A stretch of 64,000 bases of DNA from Heterodontus francisci (GCF_036365525.1 NC_090396.1:28434283-28498282); one strand, 5' to 3'. Positions 24,201-34,069 are shown, counted from the first letter of the stretch. Notes: generated by a model not told the origin, from the letters alone. Program-made: numbers and translations.

Positions 24201-27200
24201 TGGTGCTACCGAGCCACTCTTGGTGATGGATATTGAAGTTACCCACCCAGAGTACATTCTGCACCCCTGCCACCCTCAGTGCTTCCTCCAAGTCATGTTC
24301 AACGTGTAGGAGTACTGAGTCATCAGCTGAGGGAGGGCGGTAGATGGTAATCAGCAGGAGGTTTCCTTGCCCATGTTTGACCTGATGCCACGAGACTTCA
24401 TGGGGTCTGGAGTCGATGTTGAGGACTCCCAGGGCAACTCCCTCCCAACTATATACCGCTATGCCACTGCCTCTGCTGGGTCTGTCCTGCCGGTGGGACA
24501 GGACGTACCCGGGGATGGTGATGGCAGCGGCTGGGACATTGTCTGTAAGGTATGATTCCGTGAGTATGACTATGTCAGGCTGTTGCTTGACTAGTCTGTG
24601 GGACCGGTCTCCCAACTTTGGCACAAGCCCACAGATGTTGGTAAGGAGGACTTTGCAGGGTCGACAGGGCTGGGTATGCCATTGTCGTTTTCGGTGCCTA
24701 GGTCGATGCCGGGTAGTCTGTCCGGTTTCATTCTGTTTTATTGACTTTGTAGCAGTTAGATACAACTGAATGTCTTGCCAGGCCATTTCAGAGGGCATTT
24801 AAGAGTCAACCACATTGCTGTGGATCTGGAGTCACATGTCGGCCAGACCAGGTAAGTATGGCAGATTTCCTTCCCTAAAGGACATTAATGAACCAGATGG
24901 GTTTTTACAACAATGGTTTCCTGGCCATCATTAGACTAGCTTTTAATTCCAGATTTATTAATTGAATGCAAATTTCACCTTCTGCTGTGGTGGGATTCGA
25001 ACCCATGTCTCCAGAGCAATACCCTGGGTCTCTGGGTTACTAGTCCAGTGACAATACCACTACGGTATCACCTCCCCCTGTTTTGCCATTCATTGAGATT
25101 ATGGCTGATCTGTGACCTAATTCTATATATCTGCCTTTCCCGTATATCCTTTAAGAAAAATCTATCAATCTCAGATTTAAAACTAGCAATTGATCTCCTA
25201 TCAATTGCTGTTTGTGGAAGAGATTCCAAACTTCTACCATCCTTTGCGTGCAGAAGTAGTTCTTAATTACACTCCTGAAAGGCCTGTCTCTAACTTTTGA
25301 GCTATGTCCCCTAGTCCTAGATTCCCCAAACAGTTGAAAGAGTTTCTCTCTATCTACCCTAACAGTTCACCTTAATAGCTTGAAAACTTTGATCAAATCA
25401 TCCCTTAACCTTGTAAATTCCATGGAATACAACAACATATATTTGTATAGCACCTTTGAAGTAATAAAACGTCCAAAGGCGCTTCACAGGAGCATTATAA
25501 AACAAAATATGACACCAAGCCACATAAGGAGATATTAGGTCAGATGACCAAAATCTTGGTCAAAGAGGTAGGTTTTAAGGAGCGTCTTAAAGGAGGAAAG
25601 AAGTGGAGAGGCGGAGAAGTGTAGGGAGGGAATTCTAGAGGCCTAGGCAGCTGAAGGCCTGGCCACCAATGGTGGAGCAATTAAAATCAGGGATGCTCAA
25701 GTGTCCAGAATCACAGAAGTGCAGATATCTCGGAAAGTTGTGGGGCTGGATTTTAAAATCAAGTTGTTGTTTGACCGGGAATAAACGTAGATCAGCAAGC
25801 ACAGGGGTGATGGGTGAATGGAACTTGGTGCAAGTTAAGACACAGGCAGCAGAGTTTTGGATGATCTCAAGTTTACAGAGGGTAAAATGTGGGAGACCAG
25901 CCAGGAGTGCAAACCTAGTTTTTGTAATCTCTCCTCATAACTTGACCCTTGGAGTCCAGGTATCATTCTGATAAATCTACACTGCACTCCCTCCAAGGCC
26001 AATACTTCCTTCCTGAGGGGTGGTGCTCAGAACTGAACACAGTACACCAGGTGTGGTCTAACTAGAACTTTTACCCTCTTGTATCCTAGTCCTTCAGATA
26101 TAAATCTTAGCATTCCATTAGCCTTTTTGATTATTTTCTCTGCCTGTCCATGACAGTTTAATGATCTATGCACATGGACCCCAAGTCTCTTTGGACCTCC
26201 ACTGTTTCTAGCTTTTCACCATTTTGAAAGTAGTCTGATCTATCCTTTGTAGGTCCAAAGTGATAAAAGTATGTTGTAAGCGAGACTTACTTTCTTCTTT
26301 TTCTTTCTTAAAGTATTTCATGACAGCCAACAGTGCTCCTCCTACAGCAAAAGTGATTGCTAAAGACTTCCATGTAACAGGCTACTAAGAAACAGAAAAC
26401 ATGTCTTAGATTTTAAAAAATAGGACTAAACAAACTATAAATAGTTGGCCAACTTTAAAATAATTCCAGTTTGATTTTGAACACCAGAGGCCTGAACATA
26501 GCTTGGAGCGTAAAAGTTATTTAGTAATGTTTTACTCAGAACCATCAGTTTGTACAATATTTTGAATTGTCACTGTTCAACTACAGTGTGTAACATTGTA
26601 AAGCAAAAGGATGTTAATGACCTGTCTTGTGCCTCACAGCAACATTTGCTCAATAGATTCTATGCAACAGATAAGAGTAAAACTGGTCCTTCCAAATAGC
26701 TAACTGCATTTGATTAAAAAAAGATTTGCATTTATATAGCACCTTTTACAACCTCGAGATGTCCTAAAGTGTATTCACTTTAGGAATGTAGTGAATGCAG
26801 CACTGCAGCCACACAGCTCCAGCGACCCGGGTTCGGTTCTGGGTACTGCCTGTGCGGAGTTTGCAAGTTCTCCCTGTGACCGCTTGGGTTTCCTCCGGGT
26901 GTTTCCTCCCACATGCCAAAGACTTCGGCTTGATAGGTAAATTGGCCATTGTAAAAAAATTGCTCCTAGTGTAGTTAGGTGGTAGGAGAATTGAGGGAAG
27001 GTGGGGATGTGAGAGGGAAAAAACGGGATTAATGTAGGATTAGTATAAATGGGTGGTTGATGGTCGGCGCGGACCTGTTGGGCCGAAGGGCCTGTTTCGG
27101 TGCTGTATCTCTCTATGATTCTATGACTCTAATTTGTGCACAACAAGCTCCCACAAACAGCAATGTACTAATGACCAGATAATCTGTTTTTGTGATGTTG

Positions 27201-30200
27201 ATTGAGGGATAAATATGGCCAGGACATGGGGATAACTTCCCTGTTCTTCTTTGAAATAGTGCCATAGGATCTTTTATGTCCACCTTACAGAGCAGACTGG
27301 ACCTCGGTCTAACATTTCATCCGAAAGACAGCACCTCTAACAGTGCAGGACTCCCTCAGTACTGCACTGGTGTGTCAGCCTAGATCTTGTGCTCAAGTCT
27401 CCAGAGTGAGACTTAATTAGTTCAAACATTTGATACAGTTACGCTCAAAGTACAGTAAGGTATGCCCAATCCTTAAAACAAAATGTGAGAGTAGATTTTA
27501 CTGTAGTTGGGCCTGGAGGAATATAGTGGAAAGTCGGGCAGGGAAGATTACATGCCTGTAAAGGAGTTCGGCTATGTAGCCACAGGAACAGAAAAATCTG
27601 TCCGATAATCTGGACAACTATTTGGCACAATCAACATTGCTATTTTATTCACCAAAATTAACCACATCCTCACTTACCCCACTCTTTTTAGTCCCACTGT
27701 TTGGTTTCTGTCCAGGTGGTGATGGAGGCATTGTACTGAAGGAGTGGAGATTGTGCATGGAGTATTTGGTAGACTTCCATATTGGGCAAAGGTCTTTACT
27801 GAACTGTACAAACATGAAAAGAAGAATGACCTTGCGATTAATGAGTACCTTTCACATACTCAAACCATTCTAAAGCACATTACAGCCAATTAATTACTTT
27901 TAAAGTGGAGTTATTGACATTTTGCACACAAACACGATTAACTAATTTGCGCTCGGCAAGATCACACAAATGAGCTAATGACTAGATATTCTGTTACTTT
28001 TAAAATGATGTTCGTTGAGGGATAAATATTGTCTAAGACACTAGGAGAACTCTTTGTTGAATAGGCCACAGGATCTTAAACATCCCCCTGAGCAGGCAGA
28101 CTAGGCCTTAGTTTATTGTCTCATCCAAGAGATGACACCTCTGACAATGCAGCACTCCCTCAGCAGAGCACTGGAGTCTCAGCCTAAATCTTGTGCTCAA
28201 GTCCTGGAGTAGTGCTTAAATCCACAAGCTTCTGAGTTAGAGGCAAGAGTGCTAAAGATTAAACACAAACCACAATGTTTACTTAAATATGCAAAATTTT
28301 AGCATGCAAATTCACATTACAAAAGAAAGATTTTTATTTTGCGTAGCCCTATACTAGCTGTAAACAGTTGGAGCCCCTGATTTATATGGTGGTCAGTCGT
28401 GAGTCATTCATATTGCCCATGGCATTAAACCTTGCCCCAATGAAGGTGCAGGAGAATAAATTAGAAACTACAGAAGCTTCAGCTAAATTCTCTGCTCCTG
28501 GAATGATTTTTGTTGGACTATTTTCATCTCAGTTTTCTACTCAATAACATCTTTGCATCATTTGTCATATTTCCTAGGTTGTAATTATATTTCACCACTG
28601 GTCTAAGACCAGTGCCCATGGAGTTCAATTGGCATGTCTCATGTTGTAGTGTGGGCTACTAATTGTACTCTGCCAGGCAAGGGAACAATTTTGTACACCT
28701 ATGCCTACAGGAAGCGCTCCAATCTCTGACTGACACTCTAGAAATATTAAAAAATACTTCACAGTGAGTGCTTTAGTTGCCTAAAAGGACCAAGAGACCA
28801 CCTGAACACCCTTTAAACTTCACTGCACACCACGATGGTGTTCGACTCCAAACCTTGCCCAGGCCAAGCACTGACCCTGCTGTCGTGTATTCTGGACCTG
28901 ACTCCAAAGTTATGCTACCACTTTCTCATCGCAGTTGCATTCCAAGAACACAAGAAATAGGAGTAGAAATAGACCATAGAAATAGACCATAAGCCCTTCG
29001 CGCCTGCTCCGCCATTCATTATGATCATGGTTGATCGTCCAACTCAGTAACCTGTTCCCGCTTTCGCCCCATACCCTTTGATCCCTTTAAACCCAAGAGC
29101 TATATCTAACTCCTTCTTGAAAACATACAATGTTTTGGCCTCAACTGCTTTCTGTGGTAGTGAATTCCACAGGCTCACCACTCTCTGGGTGAAGAAATTT
29201 CTCCTCATCTCAGTCCTGAATGGTTTACCCCGTATCGTTAGACTATGACCCCTGGTTCTGGACTCCCCCACCATCGGGAACATCCTTGTTCTACCCTGCA
29301 TCTACCCTGTCAAGTCCTGTTAGAATTTTATAGGTTTCTATGAGATCCCCCCTCACTCTTCTGAATTCCAGCGAATATAATCCTAACCGACTCAATCTCT
29401 CCTCATACGTCAGTCCCGCCATCCCAGGAATCAGTCTGGTAAACCCTCGCTGCACTCCCTCCAGAGCAAGAACATCCTTCCTCAGATAAGGAGACCAAAA
29501 CTGCACACAATATTCCAGGTGTGGCCTCACCAAGGTCCTGTATAATTGCAGCAAGACATCCCTGCTCCTGTACTCGAATCCTCTCGCTATGAAGGCCAAC
29601 ATACCATTTGTTTTTTTTACCACCTGTTGCACCTGCATGCTTACCTTCAGCAACTGGTGTATGAGAACACCCAGGTCTCGCTGCATATTCCCCTCTCTTA
29701 GTTTATAGCCGCTCAGATAATAATCTGCCTTCCTGTTTTTGTTACCAAAGTGGATAACCTCACATTTATCCACGTTATACTGCATCTGCCATGCATTTGC
29801 CCACTCACGCAACTTGTCCAAATCACCCTGAAGCCTCTCTGCATCCTCCTCACAACTCACCCTCCCACCCAGTTTTGTGTCATTTGCAAATTTAGAGATA
29901 TTACATTTAGTTCCCTCATCTAAATCATTAATATATATTGTGAATAGCTGGGGTCCTAGCACCGATCTCTACGGTACCCCACTAGTCACTGCCCCATCCC
30001 TGCGGTACTCCCCTAGTCACTGTCCGATCCCTGCGGTACCCCACTAGTCACTGCCCGATCCCTGCGGTACCCCCCTAGTCACTGCCCGATCCCTGCGGTA
30101 CCCCCCTAGTCACTGCCCGATCCCTGCGGTACTCCCCTAGTCACTGCCCTATCCCTGCGGTACCCCCCTAGTCACTGCCCGATCCCTGCGGTACCCCCCT

Positions 30201-31714
30201 AGTCACTGCCCGATCCCTGCGGTACCCCCCTAGTCACTGCCCGATCCCTGCGGTACCCCACTAGTCACTGTCCGATCCCTGCGGTACCCCACTAGTCACT
30301 GCCCCATCCCTGCGGTACCCCACTAGTCACTGCCCCATCCCTGCGGTACTCCCCTAGTCACTGCCCCATCCCTGCGGTACTCCCCTAGTCACTGCCCTAT
30401 CCCTGCGGTACCCCCTAGTCACTGCCCGATCCCTGCGGTACCCCCCTAGTCACTGCCCTATCCCTGCAGTACCCCCCTAGTCACTGCCCGATCCCTGCGG
30501 TACCCCCCTAGTCACTGTCCGATCCCTGCGGTACTCCCCTAGTCACTGCCCTATCCCTGCAGTACCCCCCTAGTCACTGCCCGATCCCTGCGGTACCCCC
30601 CTAGTCACTGCCCGATCCCTGCGGTACCCCACTAGTCACTGCCCAATCCCTGCGGTACTCCCCTAGTCACTGCCCCATCCCTGCGGTACCCCACTAGTCA
30701 CTGCCCAATCCCTGCGGTACTCCCCTAGTCACTGCCCAATCCCTGCGGTACTCCCCTAGTCACTGCCCCATCCCTGCGGTACCCCACTAGTCACTGCCCA
30801 ATCCCTGCGGTACCCCACTAGTCACTGCCTGTGACCATATGGCCCATTGAGCTTGCTCCGCCATTCAATACGATCATGGCTGATCTTGGGCTTCAATTCC
30901 ACTTTTCTGCTCGCTCCCATATCCCTTGATTCCCTGCGAGACCAAAAATCTATCTATCCCAGCCTTAAATGTAATCAATGATGGAGCATCCACAACCCTC
31001 TGGGGTAGAGAATTCCAAAGATTCACAACCCTTTGAGTGAAGTAATTTCTCCTCATCTCAGTCCTGAATGATTGACCCCTTATCCTGAGACTGTGTCCCC
31101 GTGTTCTAGATTCCCTGACCAGTGGGAACAATCTCTCAGCTTCTACCCTATCAAGCCAATATATTATATCATCCCCATTGATAATTAGTGGATTCACCTA
31201 GGAACAGCAGATTTCTAAGTGACTTTAGTAAAGACAAAACTGTGAACTTGTGATTGCCAATCATCCAGCCTTTGAATGACCTTTCTGGAAATTCCTGAAA
31301 TACATAAGCCAGACATAATAGATTACCATTATCAGTCCTTTTCCCATTCCTGTGCCTTGTGATGTGGCCATATTAGTTACTCAGGGGGATCAATCAATGC
31401 ACGTCAGCAACAGAGTTTCATAACTCACGTCATGATCCCATTCTATGCCTTGTTGTTGCTTTGCTGTGGGCAGCCTTTCTGAGATCCCCCTGTTCAGTGA
31501 CACTGCATGCTAAGTGTTTAGCGTTTCCTGGTCTGGTACTCACCACTGTGTTCGTGCACCGTGCGTTTGCTGCGATTAATCTCGGACGGTTGCATTGCCG
31601 TGCGGTGATTCTGCAGCAAAAAGAAGCCGCCCTGGCTGCTTCGCAGAAAACTTCCCAATTAAACCTTGTTGAAATAGCGTTCGTCCGTTTCCAGAGCTGC
31701 AGTAGCACCGCCAT
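6140..31714 (-). CDS. SCO1: SCO1, mitochondrial cytochrome c oxidase copper chaperone; join(31714-31544,27803-27678,26381-26291,17702-17505,13823-13731,12585-12470,6271-6140), 927 nt, 308 aa
   Basis: All seven exons have GT-AG boundaries and compatible phases. The product has an Arg-rich presequence, the TM helix [18 protein letters not shown], the FTHCPDICP CxxxC motif and the VDHT His ligand. Internal exon sizes 91/198/93/116 match the vertebrate SCO1 structure as I recall it. Confidence 0.95.
7703..8023 (-). mobile_element. tRNA-derived SINE, HE1/V-SINE type
   Basis: Minus strand GGCGGCACAGTGGTGCAGTGGTTAGCACTGCAGCCTCACAGCTCCAGGGACCCGGGTTCG (A/B boxes), CR1-like tail GGCCGAAGGGCCTG..GTGCTGTATCTC(TAAA)n; homologous to 14376-14678 and 26797-27130. 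Confidence 0.85.
8697..10699 (-). mobile_element. RTE-clade (BovB-like) LINE, 5'-truncated, with an uninterrupted RT and C-terminal ORF
   Basis: ORF 8765-10780 has [33 protein letters not shown] and C-terminal [17 protein letters not shown]. (GAAA)n tail; 9-bp TSD ATCAATATC at 8688-8696 and 10700-10708. Confidence 0.95.
11170..11945 (-). mobile_element. CR1 LINE 3' fragment
   Basis: ORFs 11296-11673 and 11736-11921 ([34 protein letters not shown]). Confidence 0.9.
12470..12585 (-). CDS. SCO1: SCO1 exon ([39 protein letters not shown]), 116 nt
   Basis: Acceptor ctctctag|AG, donor ATT|gtaagt; strong similarity to SCO1. Confidence 0.95.
13731..13823 (-). CDS. SCO1: SCO1 exon ([31 protein letters not shown]), 93 nt
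   Basis: Acceptor gttacag|AC, donor G|gtagg; contains the IDPxRD motif. Confidence 0.95.
14376..14678 (+). mobile_element. tRNA-derived SINE, HE1/V-SINE type
   Basis: GCAGTGGTTAGCACTGCAGCCTCACAGCTCCAGGGACCCGGGTTCGATTC ... GTGCTGTATCTCT followed by an A-rich tail. Confidence 0.85.
15765..17065 (-). mobile_element. 5'-truncated copy of the CR1/L2-group LINE family found full length at 21794-25076
   Basis: ORF fragments [18 protein letters not shown] and [27 protein letters not shown]; same 3' UTR as the full-length copy. Confidence 0.9.
17505..17702 (-). CDS. SCO1: SCO1 exon carrying CxxxC ([23 protein letters not shown]...[24 protein letters not shown]), 198 nt
   Basis: Acceptor tgtttag|AG, donor G|gtaaa; lies within ORF 17470-17781. 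Confidence 0.97.
18145..19130 (+). mobile_element. 5'-truncated copy of the same LINE family as 21794-25076
   Basis: [30 protein letters not shown]; 3' end GGGCAATTAGGGATGGGCAATAAATGCTGGCC...GAATAAAA. Confidence 0.9.
19420..20120 (+). mobile_element. L2 LINE 3' fragment
   Basis: Decayed [16 protein letters not shown]...QNSAAHILT...HWL...LWNSLP...FKTLLK motifs typical of the L2 ORF2 C-terminus. Confidence 0.75.
20535..20720. repeat. Inverted repeat of the Penelope-like terminal sequence
   Basis: GCTGGAAATACTCAGCAGGTCTGGCAGCATCTGTGGAGAGAGAAACAGA (~20581-20629) is followed by its near-reverse complement (~20658-20705). The same sequence ends the PLEs at 37710, 41208 and 46064. Confidence 0.8.
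20750..21632 (-). mobile_element. Deu-domain-type tRNA SINE (SacSINE1-like), interrupted by a hAT MITE
   Basis: tRNA-like head at ~21632-21580 on the minus strand; core GATAAATATTG...GCCATGGGATC...AAAGACAGCA; L2-like tail. Homologues at 26718-27415, 27825-28255, 41740-42158 and 50910-51260. Confidence 0.7.
21076..21514. mobile_element. hAT-type MITE with TCGGG subterminal repeats
   Basis: TIRs TAGAGGCATGCT / AGCAGGCCTCTT; 8-bp TSD CAGTGCAG (21068-21075) / TAGTGCAG (21515-21522); many TCGGGTCGGG repeats. Related copy at ~56694-57081. Confidence 0.8.
21794..25076 (-). mobile_element. Full-length ORF1-less LINE (CR1/L2 group): tRNA-derived head, then an APE endonuclease-RT ORF broken by a few frameshifts and stops
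   Basis: EN motifs [42 protein letters not shown] motifs [32 protein letters not shown]. 8-bp TSD CCTGTTTT at 21786-21793 and 25077-25084. Confidence 0.9.
24985..25076 (-). promoter_or_regulatory. tRNA-derived internal RNA Pol III promoter at the 5' end of the LINE
   Basis: Minus strand A-box-like TACCGTAGTGG (25067-25057) and perfect B box GGTTCGAATCC (25003-24993). Confidence 0.8.
26291..26381 (-). CDS. SCO1: SCO1 transmembrane exon ([30 protein letters not shown]), 91 nt
   Basis: Acceptor tcttagtag|CCT, donor A|gtaagt. Confidence 0.95.
26797..27130 (+). mobile_element. HE1/V-SINE-type SINE nested in a Deu-type SINE (26718-27415, minus)
   Basis: Homologous to 14376-14678; CTATGA-type tail; the host SINE resumes at ~27131. 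Confidence 0.8.
27678..27803 (-). CDS. SCO1: SCO1 coding exon 2 ([42 protein letters not shown]), 126 nt
   Basis: Acceptor ttcttcttttcatgtttgtacag|TTC, donor GGG|gtaagt; phase 0/0 and open; the S/P/K-rich segment precedes PVTW as in other SCO1 proteins. Confidence 0.8.
28979..29990 (-). mobile_element. Relatively young CR1 LINE 3' part
   Basis: ORFs 29291-29962 ([35 protein letters not shown]) and 29044-29301. Confidence 0.92.
29962..30829. repeat. 31-bp minisatellite, about 28 copies, derived from CR1 RT coding sequence
   Basis: Unit CCGATCCCTGCGGTACCCC(A/C)CTAGTCACTGC; TAGTCAC recurs every 31 nt (e.g. 30014, 30045). On the minus strand it encodes [10 protein letters not shown]. Confidence 0.95.
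30833..31155 (-). mobile_element. CR1 3' end hosting the 28979-30831 insertion
   Basis: ORF 30874-31197 ([16 protein letters not shown]...[13 protein letters not shown]); its tail continues at ~28945-28978; GACCATA is duplicated at both junctions. Confidence 0.8.
31544..31714 (-). CDS. SCO1: SCO1 first coding exon, mitochondrial targeting peptide (57 aa)
   Basis: Kozak gcaccATGG at 31714; [20 protein letters not shown]...ARCTNTV is R/A-rich and acid-poor; phase-0 donor GTG|gtgagt; locally CpG-rich. Confidence 0.8.
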
Positions 31715-31834
31715 GGTGCACACTACATGACCTTCGCTGAATACATCCGGTAAAAGACTCAGAGCCTCCTCCTACCGGCAGCATCACTGCCAGGCATCAG
31801 CTCTGCATCATTAAACCATGAGTGCACAGCAAAT

Positions 31835-32522
31835 TCTTTTCTTTTCTTTCATTTGGGCCTCCTTATCTCGAGAGACAATGGATACGCGCCTGGAGGTGGT
31901 CAGTGGTTTGTGGAGCAGCGCCTGGAGTGGCTATAAAGGCCAATTCTGGAGTGACAGGCTCTTCCACAGGTGCTGCAGAGAAATTTGTTTGTCGGGGCTG
32001 TTGCACAGTTGGCTCTCCCCTTGCGCCTCTGTCTTTTTTCCTGCCAACTACTAAGTCTCTTCGACTCGCCACAATTTAGCCCTGTCTTTATTGCTGCCCG
32101 CCAGCTCTGGCGAATGCTGGCAACTGACTCCCACGACTTGTGATCAATGTCACACGATTTCATGTCGCGTTTGCAGACGTCTTTATAGCGGAGACATGGA
32201 CGGCCGGTGGGTCTGATACCAGTGGCGAGCTCGCTGTACAATGTGTCTTTGGGGATCCTGCCATCTTCCATGCGGCTCACATGGCCAAGCCATCTCAAGC
32301 GCCGCTGACTCAGTAGTGTGTATAAGCTAGGGGTGTTGGCCGCTTCAAGGACTTCTGTGTTGGAGATATAGTCCTGCCACCTGATGCCAAGTATTCTCCG
32401 AAGGCAGCGAAGATGGAATGAATTGAGACGTCGCTCTTGGCTGGCATACATTGTCCAGGCCTCGCTGCCGTAGAGCAAGGTACTGAGGACACAGGCCTGA
32501 TACACTCGGACTTTTGTGTTCC
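31835..32522 (-). mobile_element. RTE/BovB-like LINE, short 3' copy
   Basis: Near-identical to 8697-9388; 11-bp TSD GCACAGCAAAT at 31824-31834 and 32523-32533. Confidence 0.95.
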
Positions 32523-33189
32523 GCACAGCAAATACACATGGAACAATATTCAAACAGCAACATTCTCCAGCTGGGTTGTTTTACTTTATTGTCCACATTA
32601 CAGCTTTAGTCAACACCAACTTGAAATTAAACACTAACACAGCGAACTAAAGTTGCATCCTATAAAACATTTGATAACATTGCTACATCGAGTAAATGGA
32701 ATTCCTAAATATATGCATTCGTTTTGCTATATATTGCACATATGAACTAATCACTGCATGCCCCACTATATATGTTCGAATTACAAAAATCGATCCCTAA
32801 AGGTATATTTATTTTAATCAGTGCTATTTCCACCATTTCTCGATTAGGAAACTAGGCAGATGGAGGGTCCATACGCCGATACATTTTGTAAATCTTTTTC
32901 CTTCTCAAAAGCAATACAAAATTAGGTTAAATTATCATTTCTTTTTAATAAACCGATCCGTATTTTTAAAAATTGTACCACAAATTACAATATTATTCAA
33001 CTGTATGAACATTGGCTGGTATCGAACCCAAAATGTCGAATATTTTCACAAAACTGGTACAGTTATTCCAATGAATTCCAATCATAGCCAGCTTTTTCCA
33101 CCTAAGGAAGGCCCTTGGAGCGTTGGGCTAATATGTGGGGATCTTGATAGTGGAAGACTTTCTGAGCCTTCAAAGAAACTTTAAAAGTG

Positions 33190-34069
33190 TGTCATGCTAA
33201 GCCCCCACCTGCCAAGAAGGAGGCACATCAATTTTGTCATGAACATTGATTTTAAACTGTTACTGGAGTGATGAAAGGACTTGTTAAACAAAGCAGCAGT
33301 GGCTGGAAAGACATTTGGATATTAACAGGGTGTTTGGAAGGACAAAGCAGCCATTCCCTGGCACATTCAACTCACAATGGACTTTCGATCACCAGACTTT
33401 GAAGGTGGGGGAGCTCGGATTCCAAGTTGACTACTAAAGTGGCCGAATACACAAATTGACATGGTCAAACCAGCTAGTCACATGACTAACCTGTTGGGCA
33501 ACCTGAGTTTTTTGAATTTGTACAAACAGTTTGGGCAAAAAGCAGAATGTTCCTGGACTGAGAAGTTCTCTCCTGTCTGCTCCCATCTCTTTCTCACAAG
33601 CCTCTGAATCCAAATGAGCCCCAAGACAGAAAAGTCTCCTACAGCGAACAAGGTTTAAGAAGAATACTGGGCTCCAATGAAAATCAAGATCTACCTACAA
33701 TCAAAGACACTACAGTGAGCTTGAGGAAATGTAACAACTCTTCAGATATTGCCTCAAACTTTCGACTGTATTTTTCTTCTGCTCTTTTCGATCTCTATAT
33801 TTGCCTGTGTATGCATGCTAGCGTGGGGCGCAGTGTGTGTCCATAGAGTTAACTGAATTAGAGTTTAAGTTTAATAAATTTCAACTTTTCTGCTTTAAAG
33901 CTAAGAAAGCCTGTTTGTGCTGGTTTCTTTGCCTTATAATTGGAAAGCGGTGAACAAGGATTCACCAAGGGGGAGCTAAAGGCAGTGTGTTTAAAATTAA
34001 ACCCTGTTACAATAAAACCAGGTGAAGTCTGAAAGGGAACCCTAGACTCTTTCTCACCTGGCCGTAAGA
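33190..34069 (+). mobile_element. Solo LTR (Gypsy-like, 4-bp TSD)
   Basis: TGTCATG...GTAAGA termini, TSD AGTG on both sides, internal AATAAA; homologous in reverse orientation to 58017-58894. Confidence 0.75.

Larger units (their letters stand above)
21745..26262 (-). mobile_element. Host CR1 3' fragment split by the LINE at 21794-25076 and an L2 piece at ~25432-25912
   Basis: The CR1 3' UTR GGCCATTTTGCCCCTTGAGCCTGTTTT|GCCATTCATTGAGATTATGGCTGATC rejoins across the insertion. Confidence 0.8.

Noticed and set aside
15773-24769. Many overlapping 60-180 aa ORFs on both strands
   Set aside because: Frameshifted fragments and antisense shadows of LINE ORF2, not independent genes.
24985-25076. Bona fide tRNA gene
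   Set aside because: A and B boxes are present, but there is no clean cloverleaf and no T-run terminator, and it lies inside a TSD-bounded retroelement.
29962-30829. CRISPR-like array
   Set aside because: Units are head-to-tail with no unique spacers, derive from CR1 coding sequence, have no cas genes nearby, and the context is eukaryotic.
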